From an uncultured Rivularia sp. (lineage in GTDB: Bacteria; Cyanobacteriota; Cyanobacteriia; Cyanobacteriales; Nostocaceae), in NCBI GenBank assembly GCA_963665115.1, contig OY762007.1, positions 3,360,001 to 3,424,000 on the forward strand: a stretch of 64,000 nucleotides of DNA, written 5' to 3'. The first letter of the stretch is position 1. Every line of letters begins with the position of its first letter. Shown here in pieces: positions 63,557 through 64,000 of this stretch. Under the pieces are notes generated by a model that did no database searches, was not told where the DNA came from, and was given only the letters and a program-made list of their open reading frames with translations. Made by a program: the position numbers and the translations under genes.

Positions 63557-64000
63557 ATGAGTAATAGTCAAGATAGCAAAAGTTCAAAAAATCGACAGAT
63601 TGAAAGTTCGCAGCTAATACCAATAAACTTTGAACAAGCTGTTCCGATGATTAAAGAATTTGCTTTTGCAGAGGTTGAAAAAGAAGCAAACAAAAAGCAA
63701 CTATACTTTCATAATTATGCTCATGCAGAAGCTGTTCGACGCAGAGCAGAAATTATATTTCATGCTATTGAACCTTTTTGGGATGACATTTGTCAGGAAA
63801 CCTGCTTTATTGGACAGCAAACGGGCTAAATATTTAATTGATATTTGTGCTGCAAGTCACGATATGGTTCAAGATTTTTTACCTTTAAAATCACCTCAAA
63901 CTGCTAGACAGCGAGAAAGTGGAGTCAGCGAAAATGCGACAATTGATAAGTTAATTGATTTTATAAAAGAGTTAAATAAAAAATATAAGACTCAAAACCC
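63557..64000 (+). CDS. HD-domain-like protein, partial; split by one extra A at 63798-63800
   Basis: LYFHNYAH...; repaired frame QEPALLDSKRAKYLIDICAASHDMVQ stays open to the window end. Confidence 0.7.

Noticed and set aside
1..64000. HIP1 and STRR repeats as novelties; tRNA, rRNA, prophage or transposase genes
   Set aside because: HIP1 and STRR are well-known cyanobacterial features. No RNA genes, phage structural genes, integrase or transposase were recognised by eye.

Overview
AT-rich chromosomal segment of a filamentous cyanobacterium, probably Nostocales. The evidence is frequent HIP1 octamers (GCGATCGC), heptameric STRR arrays, and KaiB-like, Uma2 and pilin G/H genes. Core genes (recQ, pilT, RNase II, rpsR-rpmG, typA, proS, accB, efp, purN) alternate with accessory blocks: (1) a TetR-RND efflux module; (2) a two-gene P-loop ATPase + ~1806-aa [degenerate ATPase]-NACHT-TPR locus with a 120-bp-periodic A/B TPR array, the best candidate for an uncharacterised NLR-like immune/signalling system; (3) an MmyB and TetR-RHH regulator region beside a glutaredoxin-double-AhpD fusion; (4) a DUF6878/DUF6915-like pair; (5) a 14-kb run of 16 co-oriented redox/tailoring genes; (6) an internally deleted adenylate cyclase pseudogene. 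Intergenic DNA is rich in MITEs and REP/REPIN-like palindromes. At least seven genes are split by frameshifts, six repaired by deleting one base from a short homopolymer and four of those at GAAC/GTTC. These are probably sequencing errors, possibly linked to a DNA modification. No rRNA, tRNA, CRISPR array or transposase was seen. Family assignments come from motif recognition only, with no database searches.
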